Below, piece after piece: positions 51,443 through 61,274 of a stretch of 64,000 nucleotides of DNA. The stretch lies in the NCBI GenBank assembly GCA_964291675.2, contig OZ219866.1, positions 3,520,001 to 3,584,000 on the forward strand, read 5' to 3'. Under the pieces are notes generated by a model. It saw nothing but the letters and a program-made list of their open reading frames with translations, ran no database searches and had not been told where the DNA came from. Source of the stretch: Alphaproteobacteria bacterium (lineage in GTDB: Bacteria; Pseudomonadota; Alphaproteobacteria; MPNO01). The translations under genes were made by a program, and so were the position numbers. The first letter of the stretch is position 1, and every line of letters begins with the position of its first letter.

Positions 51443-52951
51443 ATGATCGAAGACTCGCGGACGCAGGCAACGCTGCTGCTGACGGTTTCGCTGGGAGCCG
51501 CCGACAGGCAGGGAGCGAAGCCGCTGTCTCCGCGGGAATGGGCGCGCCTGGTGCGCTGGCTCGACGGCCGGGGAGCCGATCCATCGGCGCTGATGGGAGG
51601 CGATGTCCCGGGGCTGCTGGCGGGTTGGGAGGATCGCGCGATCACGGCGAAGCGGTTGGACCGCCTGCTCGGTCGAGGCCCGGCCCTCGGCCTGTCATTG
51701 GAGAAGTGGTTTCGGGCGGGGCTGTGGATTCTGACGCGCCCCGACCCGGCCTATCCCAGGCGGCTCGAGCGGCGTCTCGGATCGGCGGCGCCGCCGGTCC
51801 TCTTCGGTTGCGGCGCGATGCCGCTTCTGGACCGCGGCGGTCTCGCGGTCGTCGGGTCCCGCGACGCCGGCGAAGCCGATTTGGAGTTCGGCAGGCGTCT
51901 CGGCGAAGCGGCTTCGCAGCAGGGTCACTCGATCGTTTCCGGCGGCGCTCGCGGCATCGACAGAACTGCGATGAGAGGCGCGCTGGAGAGCGCAGGTACG
52001 TCGGTCGGCGTGATGGCCGACGGCCTGCTGGCAGCCTCCACGTCGCAGCTTTACCGCAGACCGTTGCTGGCCGGTGACCTCGTGTTGATCTCGTCGGTCA
52101 ACCCCGAGGCACGGTTCCGCGTCGGCACCGCCATGGCCCGCAACCGATACATCTATTGCCTCGCCGACGGCGCCGTGGTCGTCGCCAGCGCGCGCGGCAG
52201 CGGCGGTACCTGGAACGGGGCGTGCGAGAATCTGGAGGCAGGCTGGGTTCCTCTGTGGGTCAAGGCGACCGGCGAACCGGATTCCGGCAATGCCGCGTTG
52301 GCCGAAAAAGGAGGGTGCTGGCTACGAGACATTCCCGAATCCATCGCTGCGCTGTTCGACCGGGGTGGGGCCGCGGTGCGACCCGTTGCGTCCGGGCTGA
52401 CCGACGAGGCGGTGGCCTGGAGCGGCCCCGACTCCGCGGCGGCCCCGCCGGCGGAGAAAGGCGTCCGCCAGGGAACAATTCCTCAGGGGCTCGGGTTCTA
52501 CGACCTGTTCCTGGCGCGGCTGGCGGCGCTATCGGTGGGCGAGCCAGCCCTCGAAGCCAGCCTTGCCGCACGTCTCGAACTCGCCAAAGGCCAAGTGAAG
52601 ACCTGGTTGATCCGCGGCGTCGAGGAAGGACGTGTCGAGAAGTTGCCGGCACCGCTCCGATATCGCAACCCCCATCCGCAGCTTCCCCTGGATGAGCCCG
52701 GTGTCGGGCCGTCGTCGCCCGCCGGACAGGCGGCCGCGCCGCCCGCGATCCCGACGGACTTCGATTTCTACGACCTGTTCCTGCTTCGCCTGGCGGAGCT
52801 TACCTCCGCGGAGGCGCGTTCCTCGCGGGATATCGCGCACTCCCTGGGGCTCGCCCGGGGTCAGGTGCACAGGTGGCTCAAGCGCGGCGTCGCCGATGCC
52901 GTTGTTCACAGGGAGAGCAGGCCGGCTCGGTATCGCTGCGTCCGAACGTAA
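51443..52951 (+). CDS. dprA: DprA/Smf-like protein with two C-terminal winged-helix-like repeats
   Basis: YPRRL..APPVLF, AVVGSR, VSGGARGID, AMARN, GGTW; duplicated FYDLFL.RLA.L...GQV..WL.RGV...P.RYR. Confidence 0.85.
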   Translation: MIEDSRTQATLLLTVSLGAADRQGAKPLSPREWARLVRWLDGRGADPSALMGGDVPGLLAGWEDRAITAKRLDRLLGRGPALGLSLEKWFRAGLWILTRPDPAYPRRLERRLGSAAPPVLFGCGAMPLLDRGGLAVVGSRDAGEADLEFGRRLGEAASQQGHSIVSGGARGIDRTAMRGALESAGTSVGVMADGLLAASTSQLYRRPLLAGDLVLISSVNPEARFRVGTAMARNRYIYCLADGAVVVASARGSGGTWNGACENLEAGWVPLWVKATGEPDSGNAALAEKGGCWLRDIPESIAALFDRGGAAVRPVASGLTDEAVAWSGPDSAAAPPAEKGVRQGTIPQGLGFYDLFLARLAALSVGEPALEASLAARLELAKGQVKTWLIRGVEEGRVEKLPAPLRYRNPHPQLPLDEPGVGPSSPAGQAAAPPAIPTDFDFYDLFLLRLAELTSAEARSSRDIAHSLGLARGQVHRWLKRGVADAVVHRESRPARYRCVRT

Positions 52952-52963
52952 GGTTTCACCGGC

Positions 52964-53746
52964 TCACCCGGCCTGCGCGTCGAGGAAGCCGGCGAGCAGG
53001 CGGTTGAACGCTGCCGGTCGATCGAGATTGGCGATGTGGCCGGCGCCGGGGATCGTCTCCAGCCTGGCGTTCGGGATGGCGTCGGCGATCTGCCGCGAGT
53101 GGGCGAGGGGGGTCACCTCGTCCGCTTCGCCCCAGATCACCAGCGCCGGGGCGCGGACCGAGGCGGCTTCGGCGGTGAAGGCTATGCGGTCGAAGATCGC
53201 CTTCATCACGTCGATATAGGCCTCCGGAGGAACTTTCGCGATCGCTGCCGCGAGGTCGTCGCGCGCCGCGTCCGACGCCGAGGCGATGAGGCGGGACTCG
53301 ACATAGCGCCGGCCGAACTCGGCCATCGGCGTCGACCGGATGGCCTTCGCCCATTCCGGGATGCGCGCGCCGCCCACCTCCCGCATGTCGACGAAGCCGT
53401 CGGCGAGCGCGACCGAGCGCACCGCCTCCGGCCATCGGGCGGCGAAGGAGAGCGCGATCGGCACGCCCATGGCGAGCCCGACCAGGTGGCAGACCCCGAC
53501 GCCGAGCGCATCGAGACCGGCCTTGAGGTCGGCCGCCGCCCCGGCGACGGTGAAGCGGGCGTTGTAGGAGCTCGCCCCGTGGCCCCGGCAGTCGAAGGCG
53601 ATGCAGCGGTAGCGGTCGGCGAGCGCGGCGAGCTGGCCGCGCCACATCGTCCAATCCGCCCCCATCGAGTGGATCAGCAGCACCGCGGGCCCGCACCCGT
53701 CCTCCCGGTAGTGGAGCCGTTCGCCGTTGGCGTCGACATGGGGCAT
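52964..53746 (-). CDS. Alpha/beta hydrolase (PcaD-like)
   Basis: DCRGHG, GLAMG elbow, GEADEVTP, GAGHIANL. Confidence 0.82.
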   Translation of the reverse strand: MPHVDANGERLHYREDGCGPAVLLIHSMGADWTMWRGQLAALADRYRCIAFDCRGHGASSYNARFTVAGAAADLKAGLDALGVGVCHLVGLAMGVPIALSFAARWPEAVRSVALADGFVDMREVGGARIPEWAKAIRSTPMAEFGRRYVESRLIASASDAARDDLAAAIAKVPPEAYIDVMKAIFDRIAFTAEAASVRAPALVIWGEADEVTPLAHSRQIADAIPNARLETIPGAGHIANLDRPAAFNRLLAGFLDAQAG

Positions 53747-53991
53747 GGACGTCCTCCGTACGGGCAGGGCCGGCGCCATTCTAGCCCGCATTTCCGGCCG
53801 GCGGCGGCGACAGGCCGCGGCCCGGGCGGGTCGGCCGATTGCTTGCTCCGAATTTGCTACTTTAAGTAGCATGAACGATATGGAACTATATCCTTTCGTG
53901 TTCTTCCTCCGGCGTCGAGGGGCCGGGGAGACGGTGGAAGACGGGAGGGGCGACAATGCGGAGGGATCGACAGGCGGGGGCGGAGAACCGG

Positions 53992-56900
53992 ATGCGGCGC
54001 GTGGCGGCGCGCGCGGCCGTGGCTTTCGCCGTCTCGCTCGCGGCGCTGGCGTTGGGCGCCGGGAAGGCGGCCCACGCCGTCCTGCTGGTCGGCAACGGGA
54101 CCAATAGGTCCACCGGTCTGGTGTTGCTGCAGACGAACGACGTCGCCCAGGCGTTCCGCACCGGGGGCGAAACGGCCGGCTACCGGCTGACCGGCCTAGA
54201 GATCGAGCTGAGGATCCTGATACTCGCCGACGCGCCCACGGTGACGCTGCACAGCGGCTCCGCGACCGGGAAGAAGATCGCCGACTTCGACTTCACCGGG
54301 ACGTTGGGCGTCATTCCCGATCTTCCAAAGCTGTTCACGTTCGAGCCGGCCTCGGCGGTGACCCTCTCGGCGGAGACGGATTACTGGATCGTGGTCGAAG
54401 CCCATAGCGGAACCCCGGTCGTGTACCTTGCCGGCACGGCGGAGGACGCCAACAGCGCGAGCGGCTGGAGCATCGCCGACAGGTACCAGTCGCGAGCGGC
54501 GTTGTGGCCCGGCAGCTTCCGGAACAGCAGCGCCGACGGCGCCGTCAAGTTCGTCCTCAGGGGCACGGTCGTCCCGGCCAACGCCGCCCCCACGGCCTCG
54601 AACCGCGACATCGACCTGGACGCGGACACGGACCACGTCTTCGCCGAGGCGGATTTCGGCTTCAGCGATACGGACCCCGGCGACATGCTGGCGAGCGTGA
54701 AGATCGTCTCGCTGCCGGCATCCGGCAAGGGCACGCTCTCGCTCGACGGCACGCCGATCGCGGCGGCGGACCTGCCCAGGACGGTCACCGCGGCGCAGCT
54801 CGCCGGCGGCGAGCTGGTCTACACCCCGCCGACGGGCCAGGACGGGGAGGATTTCGCGAGCTTCGACTTCCGGGTGAACGACGGCACCGCCGACAGTCAG
54901 GTCTACACGATCACCATCGACGTGAACCCGCCGCTCAACGCCCCGGCCACCGGCACGCCCGCGATATCCGGCGATCCGCGGGTCGGCCAGGTCCTTACCG
55001 CCGGGCCGGGCGACATCGCCGACGCCGACGGGCTGCCGTCCACCTTCGCCTATCGGTGGATACGGGTGGACGGGATGGACGAGACCGACATCCCGAACGC
55101 GACCGCGCGCAGCTACAGGCTGGTCGCCGACGACGAGGGCAAGCAGGTCAGGGTGGCGCTGTCGTTCACCGACAACGCGGAGAACCGGGAGATGCGCACC
55201 AGCGGCGTCTACCCGCCGGGCGGCACCGTCGGGCCCGCCCGCGACACCGTCGGGCCCACCCGCGACACCGTCGTGGTGGTTCCGCCGGCCAACTCCCCGG
55301 CCACCGGCACGCCCGCGATATCCGGCGATCCGCGGGTCGGCCAGGTCCTCACCGCCGGGTGGGGCGACATCGCCGATGCCGACGGGCTGCCTGCCGCCAT
55401 CGCCTATCGGTGGATACGGGTGGACGGGATGGACGAGACCGATATCGCGAACGCGACCGCGCGCAGCTACAGGCTGGTCGCCGCCGACGCGGGCAAGCAG
55501 GTCAGGGTGGCGCTGTCGTTCACCGACAACGCGGGGAACCGGGAGACGCTGACCAGCGACGCCTACCCGCCGGGCGCCACCGTCGAGCCGGACGGCGCGG
55601 ACCTCCCGGTGGATCCCGGGGCGTGGCTCGCGCGCTTCGGCCGGGCGGTGGGCGACCAGGCCGTGGCGGCGGTGCAGGCGAGGCTCGGCGCGCCGCGCAC
55701 GGCGGGCGTCTCGGCGCGCCTCGCCGGGCAGGCCGTGCGCGGTCCCGATGGCGCGCGGGAGGGCGCGAGGGGGCTGGAGACGCTCGCCGAGCGGCTGCGC
55801 GACGGCGCCGGCGAGGCCGGTCTCCGCTCGCGGACGCTTTCCGGGCGCAAGGCGATGGCGGGCTCGTCGGTCGCGCTCGCCGGCGGGTCGGCGGAGCGCG
55901 GCTTCGCGGCGTTCTGGGGCCACGGCGCGGTGAACCGCTTCGACGGGCGCGACGGCGCGCTCGCCGTCGACGGCGAGGTGGCGAGCGCTTCGGTCGGCGC
56001 GGACTGGACGCGCGGCCGGATGCTGGCCGGGATAATGGTCTCGCACGCGCGCGGCACGGGCGGCTACCGCTCCCCGTCGGGGCGCGGCACGCTGGGCTCG
56101 TCGCTGACCGCAATCTTCCCCTATGGAAGCTACGCGCTCGACCAGCGGTTCTCGCTGTGGGGCATGGCGGGCTATGGCGAGGGGCGGCTGGAACGGAAGC
56201 CCGACGGGGGCGCGTTGCTGAGCCCCGACATGTCGCTCGCGATGGCGGCGGTCGGCTTGCGCGGCGTTCTCCTCGGCGGCGGCGACGGGCCGACGCTCGC
56301 CGCGAAGTCGGACGCGATGGCGGTGCGCTCGCGCAGCGAGGCGGTGACCGGCCTGGCCGGCTCGGAGGCCGAGGCGACGCGGCTGCGCTTCGCGTTCGAG
56401 GGCTCGCGACCCTTCCGCATCGGCGCGGTCGCGGTCGTGACGCCGAGCCTGGAGGCCGGGCTGCGGCATGACGGCGGCGACGCGGCGACCGGTGCCGGCG
56501 CGGATGTCGGGGCCGGGCTCGCCGTGTCCGACCCCTCGCGCGGGGTCTCGGCGGCGGTCCGCGCGCGCGCCGATGCGGACGATGTGCGCATATACGGGAT
56601 CTCGGGGACGCTCGCCTACGACCCGGCGCCCGATACGGAGCGGGGTCTCTCGCTCGACCTGTCGCAGACGCTGGGCGGGAGGGCGGCGGGCGCCGCGGAT
56701 GCGCCGTTCGCGCGCGGGGCGCTCGCGGGGCAGGGCGCGGAGGCCGGGGACGACGCGCGCCGCCGGCGGCGCATCGAGGCACGGCTCGGCTACGGGTTCG
56801 GGGTGTGGGGCGCGCGCTGGACGGCGGTCCCCGGGCTCCGTCTCCGCTTCTCGGAAACCGACACCGAGCTCCGCCTTGGCGGGCGCCTCGTCGAGCGGCC

Positions 56901-57132
56901 GGCGGCGGGGCTCGCCTTCGCGCTCGAAGTCGAGGGCGGGCGGCGCGAATACGCCGACGGCGGCGCCGGGCCCGAGCATGAGCTCGGTCTCGGCCTCGGC
57001 TGGCGGCTGAGTCCCGGGCGAGACCCGCAACGGGCGTTCGAATTGCGCATCGGCGCGGCGCGCAGCGAAACCGCCGATGACGACCGGCCGCCGGAGCACC
57101 GGGTGAACCTCACCGCAACCGCGCGCTGGTAG
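53992..57132 (+). CDS. Autotransporter adhesin with cadherin/Ig-like repeats
   Basis: Signal peptide; AQAFRTG..GY.L domain; NAAPTA..DFGFSDTD cadherin-like domain; two ~118-aa NxPATGTPAISG repeats; WLARFGR linker; beta-barrel ending ..TARW. Confidence 0.82.
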   Translation: MRRVAARAAVAFAVSLAALALGAGKAAHAVLLVGNGTNRSTGLVLLQTNDVAQAFRTGGETAGYRLTGLEIELRILILADAPTVTLHSGSATGKKIADFDFTGTLGVIPDLPKLFTFEPASAVTLSAETDYWIVVEAHSGTPVVYLAGTAEDANSASGWSIADRYQSRAALWPGSFRNSSADGAVKFVLRGTVVPANAAPTASNRDIDLDADTDHVFAEADFGFSDTDPGDMLASVKIVSLPASGKGTLSLDGTPIAAADLPRTVTAAQLAGGELVYTPPTGQDGEDFASFDFRVNDGTADSQVYTITIDVNPPLNAPATGTPAISGDPRVGQVLTAGPGDIADADGLPSTFAYRWIRVDGMDETDIPNATARSYRLVADDEGKQVRVALSFTDNAENREMRTSGVYPPGGTVGPARDTVGPTRDTVVVVPPANSPATGTPAISGDPRVGQVLTAGWGDIADADGLPAAIAYRWIRVDGMDETDIANATARSYRLVAADAGKQVRVALSFTDNAGNRETLTSDAYPPGATVEPDGADLPVDPGAWLARFGRAVGDQAVAAVQARLGAPRTAGVSARLAGQAVRGPDGAREGARGLETLAERLRDGAGEAGLRSRTLSGRKAMAGSSVALAGGSAERGFAAFWGHGAVNRFDGRDGALAVDGEVASASVGADWTRGRMLAGIMVSHARGTGGYRSPSGRGTLGSSLTAIFPYGSYALDQRFSLWGMAGYGEGRLERKPDGGALLSPDMSLAMAAVGLRGVLLGGGDGPTLAAKSDAMAVRSRSEAVTGLAGSEAEATRLRFAFEGSRPFRIGAVAVVTPSLEAGLRHDGGDAATGAGADVGAGLAVSDPSRGVSAAVRARADADDVRIYGISGTLAYDPAPDTERGLSLDLSQTLGGRAAGAADAPFARGALAGQGAEAGDDARRRRRIEARLGYGFGVWGARWTAVPGLRLRFSETDTELRLGGRLVERPAAGLAFALEVEGGRREYADGGAGPEHELGLGLGWRLSPGRDPQRAFELRIGAARSETADDDRPPEHRVNLTATARW
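54937..55585 (+). repeat. Intragenic tandem duplication (354-nt period) with a 21-nt minirepeat at the junction
   Basis: Near-identical copies start at 54937 and 55291; CACCGTCGGGCCC(G/A)CCCGCGA x2.4 at 55224-55273. Confidence 0.9.
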
Positions 57133-57334
57133 CCCGCGGGGGCTGTCGCGCGAACGCCGCTTGGCACCCCGGCATTTTGCCTGTATGGTCCGCCCGGCGT
57201 TGCCAGGTCGTCGTTGGTGACCCGATTGCCCGCGCGCGCGGGCGGCCAGGTTTCTTTCCCGACATTGCGAACGTTATCCAGAGAGGTGCCGCATGAGGCG
57301 GCGCTTCGCCCATCTGTCGTGAAAGGAAGCGACG

Positions 57335-57544
57335 ATGCCTACAGGTACCGTAAAGTGGTTCAACCCCGCCAAGGGTTACGGGTTCATCGAGCCGGAGGAT
57401 GGCTCGAGGGACGTATTCGTCCATATCAGCGCGGTCGAGAGGGCCGGGCTCGCCACGCTGAACGAAGGGCGCAAGGTGTCCTTCGAGCTCGTGTCCGGCC
57501 GCAACGGCAAGACCTCCGCCGAGAACCTCGCCCTCGACGGATAG
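57335..57544 (+). CDS. cspA: Cold-shock protein
   Basis: [23 protein letters not shown] (RNP1/RNP2). Confidence 0.95.
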   Translation: MPTGTVKWFNPAKGYGFIEPEDGSRDVFVHISAVERAGLATLNEGRKVSFELVSGRNGKTSAENLALDG

Positions 57545-57598
57545 AGCCACGATGGGGCGGGCCCTGTCCGCCCCGCACCAACATCGCGGAGATCGTCC

Positions 57599-57760
57599 AT
57601 GGCCCGAAAGCCGAACTACAGCTTCGAACGGCGCCAGCGCGAGATCGCGAAAGCCGAGAAGAAGGCGGCGCGGCTGGAAGCCAAGGCCAGGAAACGCGAA
57701 CGGCAATCGGCCGAGAGCGGGTCCGGCGAAAGCGACCGCGAGCCCGGGGAGACCGGGTAG
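57599..57760 (+). CDS. Small basic protein (53 aa, not in the ORF track)
   Basis: GGAG RBS; MARKPNYSFERRQREIAKAEKKAARLEAKARKRERQ...; follows cspA. Confidence 0.7.
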   Translation: MARKPNYSFERRQREIAKAEKKAARLEAKARKRERQSAESGSGESDREPGETG

Positions 57761-57782
57761 CGGCGTCCGCACGGGATGCCGC

Positions 57783-58549
57783 TCAGCGCATCACCAGCCC
57801 GCCGTCGACATACAGCGTCTGGCCGGTCATGAAGCCGCTCCAGTCGGAGGCGAGGAACAGCACCGGGCCGGCCACGTCCTCGGGCCGGGCGATCCGTCTC
57901 AGCGGCGTGTCGGCGACGATGCGCTGCATGGTCGCTTCCGGCGTGTCGCGGGTCGAACCGGTCGGGTAGACCAGCCCGGGGGCGACGCAGTTGACCCGGA
58001 CCCCCGCGGTCCGAGCTCGGCGGCGAGGTTGCGGCTGAAGGCGACCAGCGCCGCCTTGGCGGTGGTGTAGGCGTGGTAGGGGATGACCGGACGTTCCACC
58101 AGATCGGTGGCGAGGTTGACGATGCTCCCCTTCGCCCGCCCGGCGAAGGCCGGGATCGCCGCCCGGCAGACATTGAAGCTCGCGCGCAGCGTGCCCTCCA
58201 TCTGGCGGTCGTAGTCCTCCCAGCCGAGCTCCCAGAACGGGGTGCGCGACGCCGGGTCGAAGGCGTAGCCGGCGAAGGCGTTGTTGACCACCGCATCGAG
58301 CCGGCCGAGCTCCGCCTCGACGCCGGCGATCATGGCGGCGACCGCGTCCGCGTCGCGCACGTCGGCCCGCACCGGCCAGCCGTCGCCGCCGGCCTCGCGG
58401 CACGCGGCCGCGACCCCGGCGGCGGCATCGGCGCTGGCGAGATAGTTGACCGCGACGCGGGCGCCCTCGGCCGCGAAGGCGCGGGCGATGGCGGCCCCGA
58501 TCCCGCGGCTCGCGCCCGTCACCAGAACCACGCGGTCGCGAAAATCCAT
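57783..58549 (-). pseudogene. SDR oxidoreductase (FabG-like) with a 1-nt frameshift
   Basis: TGASRGIG, NNA, YTTAK in one frame; VRVNCVAPG...GQTLYVDGG in another; the break is a G5 run (C5 at 58001-58005) needing G6. Confidence 0.8.
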
Positions 58550-58568
58550 CGCCGCCCCCGCCGCGCCG

Positions 58569-60014
58569 TCAGTCGAGATAGTCGGCGAGCTCTTCGGCCG
58601 CCGCCTCGGCGCCGCGCTCGATCTCGACGATACGCACCAGGTCGAGCAGGTTGAACCGCCCGTCATGGTGCCAGCCGGCCTCCGGCGCGGTCATCTCGCC
58701 GAGCGCGCAGATCCGCGACGCCCCCGCCTCGCCGAGCAGGGCAGACAGGTGGAACAGCGTCTCCGGCGGCGCCGCGACGCCGACGGTCTGGAGGAAGGGG
58801 GCGTGTCTCGCGACCTCCGGGAGCGCGTCTTCGAGGCGGTCGAGCGCGGCCACCTTCACCGTGCGGTTGGCGCCGCCGGGCGCGAGCGCAAGGTCGTCCT
58901 CGGCGAAGGCGACGCTCCACCCGCCCTCGTCGTCGCCCGCCACCTCGATCGCGCCGAGCACGGCCGCGAGCGCCGCGTCGTCGCGGAGGATGGAGAGCCG
59001 GGCCGCCTCGCCCGCGTCCAGCGCGCGGCGCGGGAAGCGGTGCGCGAGCGCGGCGATCTCGTTCCCGAGATAGTTCGCGAAGTCGCGCGGCGAGACCGTC
59101 CCGCCGCGCTCGACATAGAAGACATGCGGCGAGTAGCAGCCGTGCTGGTCGTAGCGGACCACGTCCCAGGCCGCCCTGCCCGCGGTTTCGACGGCCTTGT
59201 CGGCGTCGAGCGCCGCCGCCGCCACCATGGCGAAGCTCAGCTTGTGGCCGAACGGCAGGAACCGCGTGGTGACCGGGAGCCGGTCGCGGATGTCCTCCAG
59301 CGTCTCGCTGCCGCCATAGGCGAGCACGAGGTCGGCGGCGTCGAGCAGCGCCTGCTGGCGTTCGTCGTCGCCCCGCCACCAGACGATGCCGATGCACTCG
59401 GCGATGCCGGGGTCGATCTCGGCCACCGCCTCGGCGAACCAGCCGGCCAGCAGCGGCTCGGCGCTCGGCAGCTTGCCGATGCCGGCGGACTTGACCAGCA
59501 GGCCGGAGACCAGGCTCCACAGCGGCAGGCCGGGCACGTTGCCGGCCCAGACATGGGCGATCAGCGACGGCCCGACGGCGCGGCCGTAGCCGCCCTTGCG
59601 CAGCGGCTGGAAGCAATCGAGCATCGCCGGGTTGGAGAAGTCCTCGGCGACGAAGGCGTCGAGCTGGGGCGCGCGGAAGGTCTTCAGATACGCGGTGAGG
59701 CCGAGCCTGACGGTCTCCGGGTCGAAGCCGGTGACCGCCGGCAGCAGCTCTTCCGCCTTGCGGCGGCGCGCATTGGAGCGGTCGAGCAAAGAGCGGATCG
59801 CGCGGTCGAGGACATACACGATCTCCCCGGTCGAGAGCCCGACGAGGCGGCGCGCGCGGGCGTCCCTGACATGCTCCGCCAGCGCTTCCGTCTGTGCGTC
59901 GGTCAGCGCGGGTACCGCCACCTCGACGCGGCGCCCCCAGCCCTCGAAGCGCAGCGTCTCCCGCTCCACGCTCTCGGCCGGCAGGCCCGGAAGATGGCCG
60001 GCGAGCTCGGCCAC
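58569..60014 (-). CDS. luxC: LuxC-like acyl-CoA/acyl-protein reductase
   Basis: HVWAGNVP, KLPSAEP, AYGG, FGHKLSF, YDQHGCYSPH (catalytic Cys), HHDG; GTG overlaps the luxE stop. Confidence 0.88.
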   Translation of the reverse strand: MAELAGHLPGLPAESVERETLRFEGWGRRVEVAVPALTDAQTEALAEHVRDARARRLVGLSTGEIVYVLDRAIRSLLDRSNARRRKAEELLPAVTGFDPETVRLGLTAYLKTFRAPQLDAFVAEDFSNPAMLDCFQPLRKGGYGRAVGPSLIAHVWAGNVPGLPLWSLVSGLLVKSAGIGKLPSAEPLLAGWFAEAVAEIDPGIAECIGIVWWRGDDERQQALLDAADLVLAYGGSETLEDIRDRLPVTTRFLPFGHKLSFAMVAAAALDADKAVETAGRAAWDVVRYDQHGCYSPHVFYVERGGTVSPRDFANYLGNEIAALAHRFPRRALDAGEAARLSILRDDAALAAVLGAIEVAGDDEGGWSVAFAEDDLALAPGGANRTVKVAALDRLEDALPEVARHAPFLQTVGVAAPPETLFHLSALLGEAGASRICALGEMTAPEAGWHHDGRFNLLDLVRIVEIERGAEAAAEELADYLD

Positions 60015-61090
60015 TACCCCCTCGCGGCCTCCAGGAACTCGGCGACCGCCATCGAGCATCCCTGGGCTTCCTCGTCGTCGGCGCGGCCGAGCAGCACGAA
60101 GCCGTCTGCGCAGGCGACCCCGACATCCTCGGTCATGATCGCCGCCGCCGAGTTGTAGTTGGCAAGGTCGCAATGGACCAGGATGCCGGGCGCGCCATCC
60201 GGGACGTCGGCGCCCGACAGCGGGTCGACGACCCGCGAGCGGATCCAGTGCGGGCCGGACTTGGGCGCGCCCGCCCGGTCGTTGCCGTCGTCGTAGAACT
60301 GGGTGCTGAGCTCGGTCATGCCGTACATGTTGACGCAGCTCGCGGGCGCGACGCCGAGCAGATCCTCCATGCGGGCGTAGAACTCGCCTGCCGCCACGTC
60401 GCGCGAGCGGCCCTTGAAGCCGCCGGTATCCAGCACCCGGCTGCCGGGCGGCAGGCGCCAGCTCCTGCCGCCGCGCCCCATCTCGTCGAAGGCGTGGACG
60501 AAGCTGTAGGTCGCGCCCAGGAGCGCGTAGGGCTCGCCGGTGCCCGCCGCCTCGTCGAGCGCGCGGAACAGGCGGTCGTTCTCCAGCCCCTTCTGGTCGA
60601 GCAGGTATTCGCTGTCCGGCGTGCCGAAATTCTTCGCCGCCAGCGCGAGGTAGTGGGCGAGCGAGGAGTTGGGCATCTCCTCCTCGGTGGGGAACAGGAT
60701 TCCCATGCGGATGCGCTCGCGCCCGCGCATGAAGCGGGCGCGGAAATTCTCGATCATCGACCGGTCGTAGACCGCCAGCGTCGGGTGGTAGCAGCGCCCG
60801 CGCGCGCCCCCCGTGGTGCCGCTGGTCATGAACACGCGCTCGGTCTCCGCCGGCGCGACGCAGCTCAGCGTGAGCGTCTTGAAGGCGCTGATCGGCACCG
60901 GCGGGATCTCGCGCCAGCTCCTCGCGGAACGCGGCGTCCGGCCCTTCTTCAGGCAGAAGCGGCGGAAGCTCTCGTTGCTCCCGAACTGATGCGCGAACAG
61001 GGCGAGCGCGAGCGCGTCGAACTCCTCTTCCGTCGACGTTTCCCGCCCGATGAAGTCGAGCACGCGATCGCTCAGGGCTGGTTCCGCCAC
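60014..61090 (-). CDS. luxE: LuxE-like acyl-protein synthetase
   Basis: IPPVPISAFK, FMTSGTTG, DTGGFKGR, YGMTELSTQFY, TEDVG, LGRA....GCS. Confidence 0.85.
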   Translation of the reverse strand: MAEPALSDRVLDFIGRETSTEEEFDALALALFAHQFGSNESFRRFCLKKGRTPRSARSWREIPPVPISAFKTLTLSCVAPAETERVFMTSGTTGGARGRCYHPTLAVYDRSMIENFRARFMRGRERIRMGILFPTEEEMPNSSLAHYLALAAKNFGTPDSEYLLDQKGLENDRLFRALDEAAGTGEPYALLGATYSFVHAFDEMGRGGRSWRLPPGSRVLDTGGFKGRSRDVAAGEFYARMEDLLGVAPASCVNMYGMTELSTQFYDDGNDRAGAPKSGPHWIRSRVVDPLSGADVPDGAPGILVHCDLANYNSAAAIMTEDVGVACADGFVLLGRADDEEAQGCSMAVAEFLEAARG

Positions 61091-61274
61091 CCCGCACCCC
61101 GCAAGGCATCCACAGTCAAGCGAAGGTGGCGTTTCCCGCCCCGGATGTCCAGTTCTCCTGCGCCCCGATGGGCGGGACGCGGCCCCGTCATGACGTTGGG
61201 GAGTGTGACGACGACGCGGGCCGCACCCGGTTCTTCCCGGCCCGCCCATGGGTGGCCGGAACTCCCCTCACCCC

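Noticed and set aside
58569-61090. Bioluminescence operon
   Set aside because: No luxA/luxB/luxD in the window.
61091-61270. TPP riboswitch upstream of luxE
   Set aside because: No CUGAGA or GAACCUGAU core is visible on the minus strand.
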